From Myxococcota bacterium (GTDB taxonomy: Bacteria > Myxococcota_A > UBA796 > UBA2385), in assembly GCA_044344255.1 (NCBI GenBank), contig JBIJDH010000012.1:1-64000 (forward strand): DNA of 64,000 nucleotides, written 5' to 3'. This document shows positions 45,398 through 55,900 of this stretch, one piece after another. The first letter of the stretch is position 1. Every line of letters starts with the position of its first letter. Below the pieces are notes generated by a model, which saw only the letters and a program-made list of their open reading frames with translations, was not told the origin of the DNA and searched no databases. A program made the translations under genes and the position numbers.

Positions 45398-46366
45398 CTA
45401 CCTCGTTTCCTCGAGCGCCGTCGCCGCCCAGTGGACCGCGCCACCCTCGGGGGCGCGGCGTCGCGGGGCGAAGGCGAGGCCGTCTTCGTCGGAGATGTCG
45501 ACCTGCTCGGCGGGCTCCGGGCGAGCGCCGAGGAAGATCTCGCCGGTGAGCAGGAAGCGCTCCAGGTTGTCGGTGACCAGGAAGGTCGCCTGACCCGGCC
45601 CCGCGCCCCGCAAGAGGCCCTCGGCGGCGAGCAGGCGAGCGGTCGCGGCGGCCACCGCGTCGGCGGAGTCAACCAGGGTGACCCCGGGGAGCACCTCGGC
45701 GATGACCTCGGCCAGCAGCGGATAGTGCGTGCAGCCAAGCACGAGGGTGTCGGGGCCACCGCGCAGGCGCTCGAGGTACCGCTCCGCCACGAGCCGCACG
45801 ACCTCGCCGCGCAGCCAGCCCTCTTCGGCCAGGGCCACGAAGAGCGGGCAGGCCACAGAAGAGACCTGCACGGACGGGCGCCGCGCCCGGAGCTCGGCCG
45901 TGTAGACGCCGCCCCGCACGGTGCCCTCGGTGCCGATGACCCCGACGTGGCCGCTCTTCGTGAGGGCGAGGGCCCGCTCCACGCCGGGCTCGATCACGCC
46001 GATGACCGGCACCCCGCGCTCCGCGCCCGCCTGCTGGAGGGCCGCGAGGCCGTAGGTGGTGGCGGTGTTGCAGGCGATGACGAGGGCCTTGATGCCTCGG
46101 CCATAGAGGTGGCCGGCCACGCGCTGGCTGTACCGGAGGACCGTCTCGGGGGAGCGGGTGCCGTAGGGGACCCGGGCGGTGTCACCGAGGTAGAGCAGGT
46201 GCTCGTCGGGAAGGGCGGACCGCAGCGCCCGCAGCACCGTGAGCCCGCCGATGCCGGAGTCAAAGACCCCGATCGGGAGCTCCCGGGAGCGGACCTGCGC
46301 CGCCTGCGCCGAGGCCGCGACCGCGACCGCGTCGAAGGGCGTTGGAGCGTGGGATGCGGGCGTCAA
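45398..46366 (-). CDS. murI: Glutamate racemase (start uncertain)
   Basis: IGVFDSGIGGLTV, DTARVPYG, ACNTAT, LGCTHYP; TTG at 46366 is the nearest plausible start. Confidence 0.92.
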   Translation of the reverse strand: MTPASHAPTPFDAVAVAASAQAAQVRSRELPIGVFDSGIGGLTVLRALRSALPDEHLLYLGDTARVPYGTRSPETVLRYSQRVAGHLYGRGIKALVIACNTATTYGLAALQQAGAERGVPVIGVIEPGVERALALTKSGHVGVIGTEGTVRGGVYTAELRARRPSVQVSSVACPLFVALAEEGWLRGEVVRLVAERYLERLRGGPDTLVLGCTHYPLLAEVIAEVLPGVTLVDSADAVAAATARLLAAEGLLRGAGPGQATFLVTDNLERFLLTGEIFLGARPEPAEQVDISDEDGLAFAPRRRAPEGGAVHWAATALEETR

Positions 46367-46462
46367 CAGCGGGCCCCTGGAGAGGCGCCCCGGTAACACG
46401 CGCGGCGCGCCCTCATCGAGCGAGCGCTCGGGATAGAGCCGCCCTCCAAGCGAGGTCGAGTC

Positions 46463-47029
46463 ATGCGGGTCGCGGTCTATGGCGGGAGCTTCAACCCTCC
46501 CCACGTCGCCCACGCGATGGTCGCCTCCTGGCTGCTGTGGACGGGGCAGGCCGAGGAGGTCTGGCTGGTGCCGGTGTATCGGCACGCCTTCGAGGCGCTC
46601 CAGAACAAGCGCCTCGCTGACTTCGCCCTCCGCCACCGCTGGTGCGAGGCCCTGGCCGAGGACATCGGTCCCGGCGTACGGGTGAGCCGCATCGAGGCGG
46701 AGCTGCCGGTGCCCTCCTTCACCCGAGAGACGCTCGACGCCCTCTCCCTCCGCCACCCCGAGCACAGCTTCCGGCTCGTGGTCGGGGCCGACGTGCTCGA
46801 TGACGTCCACCTCTGGCGCGACTGGGCGGGCATCGTGGCCCGCTACAATCCGATCACGGTCGGGCGCGCCGGACACCCCCGCCCTCCCGGCTACGAGGGC
46901 GTCGACTTCCCCGAGCTCAGCAGCACCGAGCTGCGCGCCCGTCACGCCGAGGGGCGGCCCCTCGACCCGGTCCTCACCGCGCGGGTGGCCGCGCTGCTCC
47001 GAGACACCTCCCCCTGGGAGCCCGCTTGA
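46463..47029 (+). CDS. nadD: Nicotinate-nucleotide adenylyltransferase
   Basis: YGGSFNPPHVAH, SFTRETL, VGAD, W-x-x-W, LSSTELR. Confidence 0.85.
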   Translation: MRVAVYGGSFNPPHVAHAMVASWLLWTGQAEEVWLVPVYRHAFEALQNKRLADFALRHRWCEALAEDIGPGVRVSRIEAELPVPSFTRETLDALSLRHPEHSFRLVVGADVLDDVHLWRDWAGIVARYNPITVGRAGHPRPPGYEGVDFPELSSTELRARHAEGRPLDPVLTARVAALLRDTSPWEPA

Positions 47030-47712
47030 CCCTCTTCCTCTTCGACATCGACGGCACCTTGATCCGCACCGGCGGGGTCGGTCGGGCCTCAATGGTCGAG
47101 GCCTCCCGCAGGCTCTTCGGGCGCATCGACCTCTTCGACCGCTTCGACTTCGCAGGCGCCGTCGATCCCGTCATCGTGAGCACGGCCCTGCACCACATCG
47201 GCATTCACCCCGACGCGCGGCGGCTCGGTCGCTTCCGGGCCACGTATGTGCGGGCGCTGCAGCGCAACATCCCCCTGGCTCGGGGCGGGGTCTGCGGAGG
47301 GGTCCACGAGGCCCTCGGGGCCATCCCCGTCGAAGAGCCGGTCGGGCTCATCACGGGCAACTGGCCCGAAGGCGCCAGGATCAAGCTTGAACACTTCTCA
47401 CTCTGGTCTCGCTTCTCGCCCACGATCAGCGGCTTCGGCGGGGACGCCCCCGACCGCTCCGGCCTCTTCGGCGTCGCCCTCCGCGGCGCCGCCCGGCGGA
47501 GCCTGCAGCCGAAGCGGGTCGTGGTGATCGGAGACACCGAGTCCGACATCCGCTCCGCTCGCCGCGGGCACGCCCGCCTCGGCCCGAGCGCCCCGGAGCT
47601 CATCACCATCGGCGTCCGCACCGGCTTCGGAAGCCCAGAGGCCCTGGAGGCCTCGGCCCCTGACCTGCTCGTCGATCAGCTCACGGCCCGGCTGATCCGC
47701 TCCCTCCGATAG
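47026..47712 (+). CDS. HAD-superfamily hydrolase
   Basis: [19 protein letters not shown]. Confidence 0.88.
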   Translation: MTLFLFDIDGTLIRTGGVGRASMVEASRRLFGRIDLFDRFDFAGAVDPVIVSTALHHIGIHPDARRLGRFRATYVRALQRNIPLARGGVCGGVHEALGAIPVEEPVGLITGNWPEGARIKLEHFSLWSRFSPTISGFGGDAPDRSGLFGVALRGAARRSLQPKRVVVIGDTESDIRSARRGHARLGPSAPELITIGVRTGFGSPEALEASAPDLLVDQLTARLIRSLR

Positions 47713-48367
47713 GACGGAGCGCCGCCGCCTCTCGTGCGAGGGCGGTGACCCGCGCCCAGTCACCGGCGCGCACGGCTTCGGGCGGCGCCACCCAGGAGCC
47801 ACCGACACAGACGACGCTGGGCAGCGCGAGAAATTCCCGCGCCTCGTTGAGCCCGATCCCCCCGGTCGGACAGAAGCGAAGGGCTGGCAGGGGGCCGCCG
47901 AGTGACCGCAAATAGGCCACTCCGCCCGCCGGCACCGCCGGAAAGAACTTGAGGAAGGAGAAACCGCGCGAGAGGAGCACCATCGCCTCCGAGGCCGTGG
48001 CGGCGCCGGGCAACAAGGGGATCGTCGCCCCCAGCGCGGCGTCGAGGAGGGCGGGGGTGGCGCCGGGAGAGACCGCGAAGATCGCGCCGGCGTCCATGCT
48101 CCGGGAGAGGTCGTCGCGGCTGAGCACCGTGCCGGTCCCGACCCGGGCGCCCGGCACCTCGTCGCGAATGCGCCGCACCGCCGCCAAGGCCGCCGCCGTA
48201 CGGAGGGTGACCTCGAGGGTGGGCAGGCCGCCGGCGACGAGGGCGTGCGCGAGGTCGACCGCCCGCCCCGGATCGTCGAGCACCAGCACCGGCACGACCG
48301 CGCCGAGGCCGAGGAGGGGGAGGAGGCGCTCGGCCTGGGAGGGGCCGGACTCGATGACGGGGCTCAT
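47681..48367 (-). CDS. eda: KDPG/KHG aldolase
   Basis: LEVTLRT, GTGTV, FAVSPG, LKFFPA, FCPTGGI, VGGSW. Confidence 0.95.
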   Translation of the reverse strand: MSPVIESGPSQAERLLPLLGLGAVVPVLVLDDPGRAVDLAHALVAGGLPTLEVTLRTAAALAAVRRIRDEVPGARVGTGTVLSRDDLSRSMDAGAIFAVSPGATPALLDAALGATIPLLPGAATASEAMVLLSRGFSFLKFFPAVPAGGVAYLRSLGGPLPALRFCPTGGIGLNEAREFLALPSVVCVGGSWVAPPEAVRAGDWARVTALAREAAALRPIGGSGSAGP

Positions 48368-50223
48368 CCTTCACCCTCGAGTTGTTGACCCTCGAAATGT
48401 TCAACCTCGAAGCGCAGCACGCCGCCGCCCTGCTCGGCGGGGGCGGCGAGGCCGCGGAGCGGGCGGAGGAGCTCTCGCCCCACGCCCCAGTCATTGGCGG
48501 AGGTATCGGCGGTGGCCAGCGCGCGGGCCTCCCACTCAGCGGCCTCGACGAGGACGTCGAGCCGGCCCCCATCCGCGTCGAGCTGGATCCAGTCGCCGTC
48601 CCGGACCTTGCCGATGCCGCCGCCGAGCAGGGCCTCGGGGGAGCAGTGGATCGCCGCCGGCACCTTGCCAGAGGCCCCCGACATCCGCCCGTCGGTGACG
48701 AGCGCGACCCTGTGGCCCCGATCCTGGAGGACGCTCAGCGCCGGTGTGAGGCTGTGGAGCTCCGGCATGCCGTTGGCGCGGGGCCCTTGGAAGCGCAGGA
48801 CGACGATGACGTCACGGTCGAGCTCACCGGCCTTGAAGGCCGCGATCACCGCCTCCTGGCTCGAGAATACCCGCGCCGGCGCGCTCACCCGCCGCCGGTC
48901 GGCCGGCACGGCGGAGGTCTTGATCACCGCCCGCCCGAGCGGCCCCTCGACGAGCTTGAGCCCACCGTCGGCCTCGAAGGGCTGGGCGGCGCCCCGCAGC
49001 ACGCTCCGATCGCCCGAGTCGGCCACCGAGGCCGCCCAGCTCAGGGCCCCCGCGGCGTCCACCGAGGCCTCGACCCGATACCGCGAGAGGCCCCTCCCCG
49101 CGACCGTCTCGACGTCCTCGTGCAGGAGGCCGGCGTCGAGCAGCTCCCCGATGAGGAAGCCGAGCCCGCCGGCGTCCCGCAGCGCGTTGACGTCGGCGGA
49201 GCCGTTTGGATAGACCCGCGCCAGCAGCGGCACCACCGCCGACAGGGCGGAGAGGTCGTCCCAGTCGAGCCGGATCCCCGCCGCGCGGGCGATGGCGGGG
49301 AGGTGGAGGGCGTGGTTGGTCGAGCCGCCCGTGGCCAGGAGCCCGACCACCGCGTTCACGATACAGCGCTCATCGACGATCTCACCGATGGGGCGGGAGT
49401 CGGGGTCGCCGCACATCGCCACCAGCCGCGCCGCCGCGGCCTCGGTCAGCGCCCGGCGCAGGGGCGTCCCCGGGGCGACGAAGGTGCCGCCGGGGAGGTG
49501 GAGGCCCATCAGCTCCATCAGCATCTGATTGGAATTGGCCGTGCCATAAAAGGTGCAGGTGCCCGGCGCGTGGTACGAGGCGGCCTCGGCGGCGAGGAGC
49601 TCGTCCCGGCCGGCCTTCCCGTCGGCGAAGCGCTTGCGCACGGCTGACTTCTGGTCATTCGAGATCCCGCTCGGCATCGGGCCCGCGGGCACGAACAGGC
49701 CGGGCAGGTGGCCGAAGCGCAGGGCCCCGATCAGCAGCCCGGGCACGATCTTGTCGCAGACCCCGAGGTAGAGCGCGCCGTCGAACATCTGGTGAGACAG
49801 GGCCACCGCGGTCGACATCGCGATCAGGTCGCGAGAGAACAGGGAGAGCTCCATCCCGGCCTGTCCCTGGGTCACGCCATCACACATCGCCGGCACGCCA
49901 CCCGCCACCTGGGCGCTGCCCCCCGCCGCTCGGGCCGCCGCGCGGAGCAGGGCGGGGTAGCCCTCGAAGGGCTGGTGGGCGGAGAGCATGTCGTTGTAGG
50001 CGGTGACGATGCCGAGGTTCGGCGCCACCCCCTCGGAGAGGCGCGCCTTGTCGGGCTCGCCGCAGGCCGCGAAGCCATGGGCGAGGTTGCCGCAGGCGAG
50101 GCGGGTACGCGGGGGGCGGTCGGAGGCCGCGGCCCTCATGCGCGCGAGGTAGGCGGCGCGGGACGCGCGGGAGCGCTCGCGGAGGCGCTCCGTCACGCGG
50201 ATGAGCACGGGGTTCAGGGGCAT
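48364..50223 (-). CDS. edd: 6-phosphogluconate dehydratase
   Basis: [48 protein letters not shown]. Confidence 0.96.
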   Translation of the reverse strand: MPLNPVLIRVTERLRERSRASRAAYLARMRAAASDRPPRTRLACGNLAHGFAACGEPDKARLSEGVAPNLGIVTAYNDMLSAHQPFEGYPALLRAAARAAGGSAQVAGGVPAMCDGVTQGQAGMELSLFSRDLIAMSTAVALSHQMFDGALYLGVCDKIVPGLLIGALRFGHLPGLFVPAGPMPSGISNDQKSAVRKRFADGKAGRDELLAAEAASYHAPGTCTFYGTANSNQMLMELMGLHLPGGTFVAPGTPLRRALTEAAAARLVAMCGDPDSRPIGEIVDERCIVNAVVGLLATGGSTNHALHLPAIARAAGIRLDWDDLSALSAVVPLLARVYPNGSADVNALRDAGGLGFLIGELLDAGLLHEDVETVAGRGLSRYRVEASVDAAGALSWAASVADSGDRSVLRGAAQPFEADGGLKLVEGPLGRAVIKTSAVPADRRRVSAPARVFSSQEAVIAAFKAGELDRDVIVVLRFQGPRANGMPELHSLTPALSVLQDRGHRVALVTDGRMSGASGKVPAAIHCSPEALLGGGIGKVRDGDWIQLDADGGRLDVLVEAAEWEARALATADTSANDWGVGRELLRPLRGLAAPAEQGGGVLRFEVEHFEGQQLEGEG

Positions 50224-51701
50224 CAGACCGTGTCCTCGTGCCAGCTGCGGTCGTCTCGCTCGAGCAGCCCCACCGAGCGGGCGGGGCCCCAGGTGCCGGC
50301 GGTGTAAGCGTGCGGGCTGGTGCCATCCTGCTCCCAGGCCGACAGGATGGGATCGATCCAGCGCCAGGCGGCCTCGACCTCGTCCCCGCGCATGAAGAGG
50401 GTCTGGTTGCCGCGGATGACGTCCATCAGCAGGCGCTCGTAGGCGTCCACCGAGCGCACGCCGAAGGACTCGGCGAAGCTCATGTCGAGCGGGACGTAGC
50501 GGAGCCGCATCCCGCCGGGGCCGGGGTCCTTGATCATCAGCCACTGCTTGACCCCCTCGTCGGGCTGCAGGCGGATGACCAGCTTGTTCGACTGGATGGC
50601 CCCCGAGCCCGCCGGGAAGATGCTGTGGGGGATCGGCCGGAAGTGGACCACGATCTCGGAGACCCGCGTCGGCAGCCGCTTGCCGGTGCGGAGGTAGAAG
50701 GGGACCCCGGCCCAGCGCCAATTGGCGACCTCGACCTTGAGGGCCACGAAGGTCTCGGTCCGGGAGTGGGCCACCCCGGCCTCCTCGGCGTAGGAGGGCA
50801 CCCGGGAGGACTCGGTCCGGAGGCCGATGTACTGGCCGCGGACGGTGCGCTGGGCTGCGTTGTCGCTGGTGATGGGGCGGAGCGCCTTGAGCACCTTCAG
50901 CTTCTCGTCGCGGAGAGAGTCGGCGTCGTAGGACTCGGGGGGCTCCATCGCGACGAGGCAGAGGAGCTGCAGCATGTGGTTCTGCACCATGTCTCGGAGC
51001 GCGCCCGCGTTCTCGTAGTAGCCGACCCGACCGCCGACCCCGATTGACTCTGCCACCGTGATCTGCACGTGATCGATGTGGGCGGCGTTCCAGAGGGGCT
51101 CGTAGAGGGCGTTGGCGAAGCGGAGGGCCATCAGGTTCTGGACGGTCTCCTTGCCGAGGTAGTGGTCGATGCGGAAGACCTGCCGCTCGGCGAAGACGGC
51201 GCCCACCGCTTGATTGACGGCGCGGGCGCTCTCGAGGTCTCGGCCCACCGGCTTCTCGATCACCACCCGGGAGAGGGGGGTCACGAGGCCGGCTGCCCCC
51301 ACCCGCTCGCAGATGAGGCCGAAGAAGCGCGGCGCCACAGCGAGGTAGAAGCAGCGCACGACCCCTTCCCGGTCGGCGAGGCGCTCCACCAGCGCCGGCC
51401 AGCCCTCCTCCGACTCGGCGTCGACCTCCACATGCGAGCAGGCGGCGAGGAAGCGCTCGACCTCCGCCGGCGGCCGCTGCTCTGCCGGCACCCCCGCCTC
51501 CAGCGCCGCCCGCACGATCTGGCGATAGCCGGCGTCGTCATGCGGATCTCGGCTGGCGGCGACGATCCGGCTGCCCTCCAAGATCTGTCCATCGACCATC
51601 CGTTGGAAGAGGGCCGGCAGGAGCTTGCGACGAGCGAGGTCACCGGTACCGCCGAAGACGACGAAGTCAAAGGGATCGACGGGGATGATGCGGGCGCTCA
51701 A
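50223..51701 (-). CDS. zwf: Glucose-6-phosphate 1-dehydrogenase
   Basis: [44 protein letters not shown]. Confidence 0.97.
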   Translation of the reverse strand: MSARIIPVDPFDFVVFGGTGDLARRKLLPALFQRMVDGQILEGSRIVAASRDPHDDAGYRQIVRAALEAGVPAEQRPPAEVERFLAACSHVEVDAESEEGWPALVERLADREGVVRCFYLAVAPRFFGLICERVGAAGLVTPLSRVVIEKPVGRDLESARAVNQAVGAVFAERQVFRIDHYLGKETVQNLMALRFANALYEPLWNAAHIDHVQITVAESIGVGGRVGYYENAGALRDMVQNHMLQLLCLVAMEPPESYDADSLRDEKLKVLKALRPITSDNAAQRTVRGQYIGLRTESSRVPSYAEEAGVAHSRTETFVALKVEVANWRWAGVPFYLRTGKRLPTRVSEIVVHFRPIPHSIFPAGSGAIQSNKLVIRLQPDEGVKQWLMIKDPGPGGMRLRYVPLDMSFAESFGVRSVDAYERLLMDVIRGNQTLFMRGDEVEAAWRWIDPILSAWEQDGTSPHAYTAGTWGPARSVGLLERDDRSWHEDTV

Positions 51702-51734
51702 GTCGAAGCTCCGGGTGGTGCACGGAGCCTACCC

Positions 51735-51774
51735 CGCTGCGGGCTCAGCGCTGCGGACTGAGCTCTGCGGGCCC
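51735..51774. repeat. Three imperfect 14-bp tandem repeats upstream of zwf
   Basis: CGCTGCGGGCTCAG / CGCTGCGGACTGAG / CTCTGCGGGCCC. Confidence 0.7.
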
Positions 51775-51796
51775 GGCGCGGCGCGCGCCCCGACCT

Positions 51797-51844
51797 CCGC
51801 TCACCCCTCTTCGAGCATCCGCTCAACCCTCCTCGAGCACCCGC
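51797..51844. repeat. 22-bp tandem duplication covering the AAA+ gene stop codon
   Basis: CCGCTCACCCCTCTTCGAGCAT then CCGCTCAACCCTCCTCGAGCAC. Confidence 0.8.
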
Positions 51845-52971
51845 CGCATCGTGTGCAGCCGCCGCCACAGCTCCGCCTGCGGGTGGGCACCGGCGGGGTC
51901 GGCCCGGCGGCGAACGGCGCCGTCCCAATACGCGAGCAGGCGCCCGCGGTCCTTGGGGTCGTCCTTAAGCACCACGCCGAGGAGGTAGCCGGGGAGCAGG
52001 GCCGCGGGGTCGTGCCGCTCGGGGAACCAGGCGGCGTCGAGGGCGATGGAGGAGGCCACACCCACGGCCTCGGCGGTCGACATCACGGCGCCGGGCTTCT
52101 CGACCGGCCAGCCCTCGGCGCTCCGCCCGACACGCAGGTCGCGGAAGGCGGTGACCAGGGCGTGCAGCACACGATCATCGACCCGCGCGGCGGGCCCGCT
52201 CGGGGCGACCGCCCCCTCCATCTGGCGGCGCACCAGCGCCACCTCCTGCTCGGCGCTGGCGATGGGGGGGATGGTCTCAAAATTGAAGCGACGTTTCAGC
52301 GCGGCGCTCATCTCGGAGACGCCGCGGTCGCGGAGGTTGGCGGTGGCGATCACGTTGAAGCCGGGGGCGGCGTAGCAGGTGCCCGCGGCGCCGAGCTCCG
52401 GCACGCTCATCCGGCGGTCGGAGAGGATCGAGACGAGGGCGTCTTGCACCTCGGGGAGGCAGCGCGTGACCTCCTCCACCCGCACGAGCGCGCCGGTCTC
52501 CATCCCCACCAGCACCGGTGAGGGCACGAGGGCGTCGCGGGAGGGGCCGCGGCCGAGCAGGAGCGCGTAGTTCCAGCCGTAGCGGAGCTGCTCCTCGGTG
52601 GTGCCAGCGGTGCCCTGCACGGTGAGGCCGGAGCTCCCCGAGATCGCGGCGGCGAGGAGCTCGGAGAGCATCGACTTCGCCGTCCCTGGCTCGCCCACGA
52701 GCAGGAGCCCCCGCGAGCCGAGGAGCGTGATCACCGAACGCTCGACGATCGCGCGGTCTCCCACGAATTTCGGTGAGATGACCAGCCGCTCCGGCAGCCC
52801 CTCCACCGGCGAGGGCAGCTCGAGCGCCGCCTCGGTGCCCATGATGAAGGTGACCACGGCCCGCGGCGTGCGCAGCCAGCCGACCGGACGGGCGGTGTCG
52901 TCCCAGGCCGAGAGGAAGGCGAGCTCGGCGGCGTGCCGCAGCTCGGGGGGCGGTGCTTGGATGTCGCTCAT
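51823..52971 (-). CDS. AAA+ ATPase, YehL-like MoxR subfamily
   Basis: VGEPGTAKSMLSELL, QGTAGTTEEQLRYGWNY, RVEEVTRC, ATANLRDRGVSEMSAALKRRFNF. Confidence 0.88.
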   Translation of the reverse strand: MSDIQAPPPELRHAAELAFLSAWDDTARPVGWLRTPRAVVTFIMGTEAALELPSPVEGLPERLVISPKFVGDRAIVERSVITLLGSRGLLLVGEPGTAKSMLSELLAAAISGSSGLTVQGTAGTTEEQLRYGWNYALLLGRGPSRDALVPSPVLVGMETGALVRVEEVTRCLPEVQDALVSILSDRRMSVPELGAAGTCYAAPGFNVIATANLRDRGVSEMSAALKRRFNFETIPPIASAEQEVALVRRQMEGAVAPSGPAARVDDRVLHALVTAFRDLRVGRSAEGWPVEKPGAVMSTAEAVGVASSIALDAAWFPERHDPAALLPGYLLGVVLKDDPKDRGRLLAYWDGAVRRRADPAGAHPQAELWRRLHTMRRVLEEG

Positions 52972-55900
52972 TTCACCTTCTCGTACTTCGGGAGATCACC
53001 GGCCTCAATCCGCTTCCACGCCCGCTCAAACAGGGCCCCGAAGGGCTCGAGGGGCACGATCTGACCGAGGGGCGGCGCCTCCGCGGCCTCATAGAGCGGG
53101 AGCTTCCACTCTTCGAGGGGCAAGGAGCCCCCCTTCCGCTCCCGCCAGCCGCCGGGGAGGAAGTGGTCGCGCCCGGCGCGGGCCCGCTTGGCCTCGACCA
53201 CCAGCTTCTTCTCCACGAGCGCCGCCATGCTGCTCGTATAGAGGGCCGCCTTCCAGCCGTTCCAGCTCAGCACGTTGGCGCGGGTGGGGTTGGAGAGGCA
53301 GAGGAGCTGGAGGTAGAGCGTGGCCGCCTCCTCGGTCAGGCCGAGCCGCTTCGCCGCCGCATGCACGACGGCCGGGGCGCTGCGCCGAGGGTCCTGCTCC
53401 CAGACCCCGTCCGGCAGCAGCCCCGGGGCGCAGCGAGCGGCCAGGGCGGCGATGCCGGGGCGGCGGAAGAGCTGGATCCGCGCGTGGTTCGCCGCGCCCT
53501 CCCAGTTGTCTTCGAGGCGGACGATCTTCTCGACCTCGCGGAGCGTGTCGTCGGCCACGCTGGCCACCCGCACGTGCACCTTGACGTCATCGTGCTCGAG
53601 GACCGCGATCAGACCGCGCTCCTCGCGGGCCTCGGGCGCCTCGACGGCCTCGGAATCGGGGTCCTCCGGGCGAGGAGGGAGCGCCAAGGGTGCGCCCCCC
53701 TGCCGCTTGAACCAGGCCTTGAGCGCCTTCCCCGAGCCGCTGCAGACCGTGAAGAGCAGCGACGGGCTCTGCATCCGGGCGCGGAGGGCGCTGAAGAGCT
53801 GGACCACGTTGGCGCGCAGCGGGTCTCCGGTGGGGGTGTTGGCGTAGACCCAGGTCATCACCCCGAGCGCCTCGCCCAGGGCCGCCTCGTCGAACCAGAC
53901 GCCCCGCTCCTCCCCCTCGGGGACGTCGGCGCCAACGATGTCGCCGTTGTGATCCAGGCGCAAGCGACCATCCGCCTGCCAGCGCGCCTCGCCGCCCAGG
54001 CCCGCGAGGCCGATGAGGGCGGCGGGGCCGTCATCGCCCGGAAAGTCGACGCGCACGGCCTTCAAGAGGGCGTCGTCCACGGGGATGCGCTTGCCGAAGA
54101 CGGCCGCCCAGGCCTCACCGAGGCGGCGGCCGAGCCGAGGGCCGTCAACGAGGGCCTCCCGGGGCAGGCCGTGGAGCCCGCGGTGGTAGGCCAGGGCCCG
54201 CTGATCGAGGTCGGTGCCGCCGAGGGTGTCTCGGGCGAGCTTGGCCTCGGCGAGCTTGAGGCCGGCCACGTCGCGGGCCGCCTTTCCGAGGGGGTCGCGC
54301 TCGTAGCTGCGCAGCTTCTTGAGGCCGAGCCAGATCGCGATCGCCTCGACCCTCCCCACCCCCGTCTCTTCGGAGAGGGCGGCGTAGGCGGTCTCATCGA
54401 CCGGCAGGCTCCGCTCGGTGTAGCCCTCCAGCAGCCCCTCGAGCCAGGCCCCGTCGACCGCGAAGGCCGAGCCGGGCTGCTCGGAGAGGACCCGCGCCTC
54501 CGGAGGCAGCACCAAAGGCTCGGCGCCCACCTGGAAGCACTCGACGACGACCTTACCCGCGTCCTCGTCGTCCTCGGCCCCCCAAAACAGGAAGCGACCG
54601 GAGGGCAGGGCGGCGGCCCAGGCCTCGACGAGGTAACGGTCTCCCCAGCGGGTCTCCCAGCGGAGGAGCTCGGCGCCGCGCGGGAGCTCCAGCTTCAAGC
54701 GGCGCAGGCCCGCGGCATCGGTGAAGCGGCTGCGGGCGAGGGCGCCGAGCACCCGGGCCACATGGGCGCGCTCGGCCTCGGTCGTGCCGGCGGCGAGGCC
54801 CGCGAAGGCCAGCGCCCCCTCCCGGCCGAGCCAGCCTTGCCAGGGGAGCTCGCAGCTCGGCACGGCCACCTCCTCTCCGGCGAAGAAGCGGGTCGCGGCG
54901 TCGAGGGTGGCCACCACGCTGCCCGAGATGTTCCAGCCCTGGTAGAAGCCGGAGAGGACGTCGCGCAGGCCGCTGTCCTCCTCGGAGGCCTCGCCCTTGC
55001 CGGCCACCACTGCACCCTCGAGGCGCTCGGCGCGGAGCTCTCGGAGCTGTCGGCAGAGGTCCGCCGCGTAGAGGACGATAGCGGCGACCCCGCGGGCGAG
55101 GGCGTCGGTGGGGATGCCCAGCTCGGCCTTCACGACGGGCACCAGCGCCAGGCGGTGCTCCTCGGTCTCCTCCGCCTTGCCATCGGCCGCCGCGAGCAGC
55201 GCCCGCACCGCGTCGATCCCGAGCGCGCGGAGGGCCGCGCTGCCAGCGAGGTCCCGCGGGCGGAGGTGGTGCCAGAGCGGGAAGGGAGGCGGGCGGCGGG
55301 TGCCGAAGCGGAAGCGGTCGTTGTCGTCGTCGATGACGGCGAGCTGCTGACCCTCGACGTCCATCCAGCCCTGGTCGCGCCAGCCGGGCTCGAACAGCAC
55401 CACCGGCCGCTCGGCGCCGGGGAAGCGGAGGAGCCCGATGGGATCGGTGTCGAGCACCACAGCGCGACCGTCGAGGTGGATCCCCACCCGCGTCTGGTCT
55501 TCATCCGGGTTGACGGAGACAAACGCCCCAGGGGCGTGCCTCTCGATCCAGGCGCGGGCCTCGTCCCCCTTCAAGGCGTCGAGGTTGAAGACGACGAAGC
55601 CGTACTGGCCTCCCACCCCGCCGAGCGGCGAACCCTCACCGCCGAGGGGCAGGTACTCGCTGTCGGAGAGGTCGGGATCGACGCCGTCTCGGGGCGCGAG
55701 GAAGGCGGGGTGGTCCTTGCCGCGGAGCTTGCCCGTCTCGGGATCGACGGCGGCGAGCGCCCCCTCGTCGTCGGTCTTCCAGACCCCCTCCCCGTCGGCG
55801 AAGAAGTCACCCTTCTCGACGTGGGTGTCGCCCACCCGCAGGCGACGGCCGCCCGAGAGGACGCCGCCGCCGCGGGCGGGCGGCGTGGAGAGCTGCTCGG

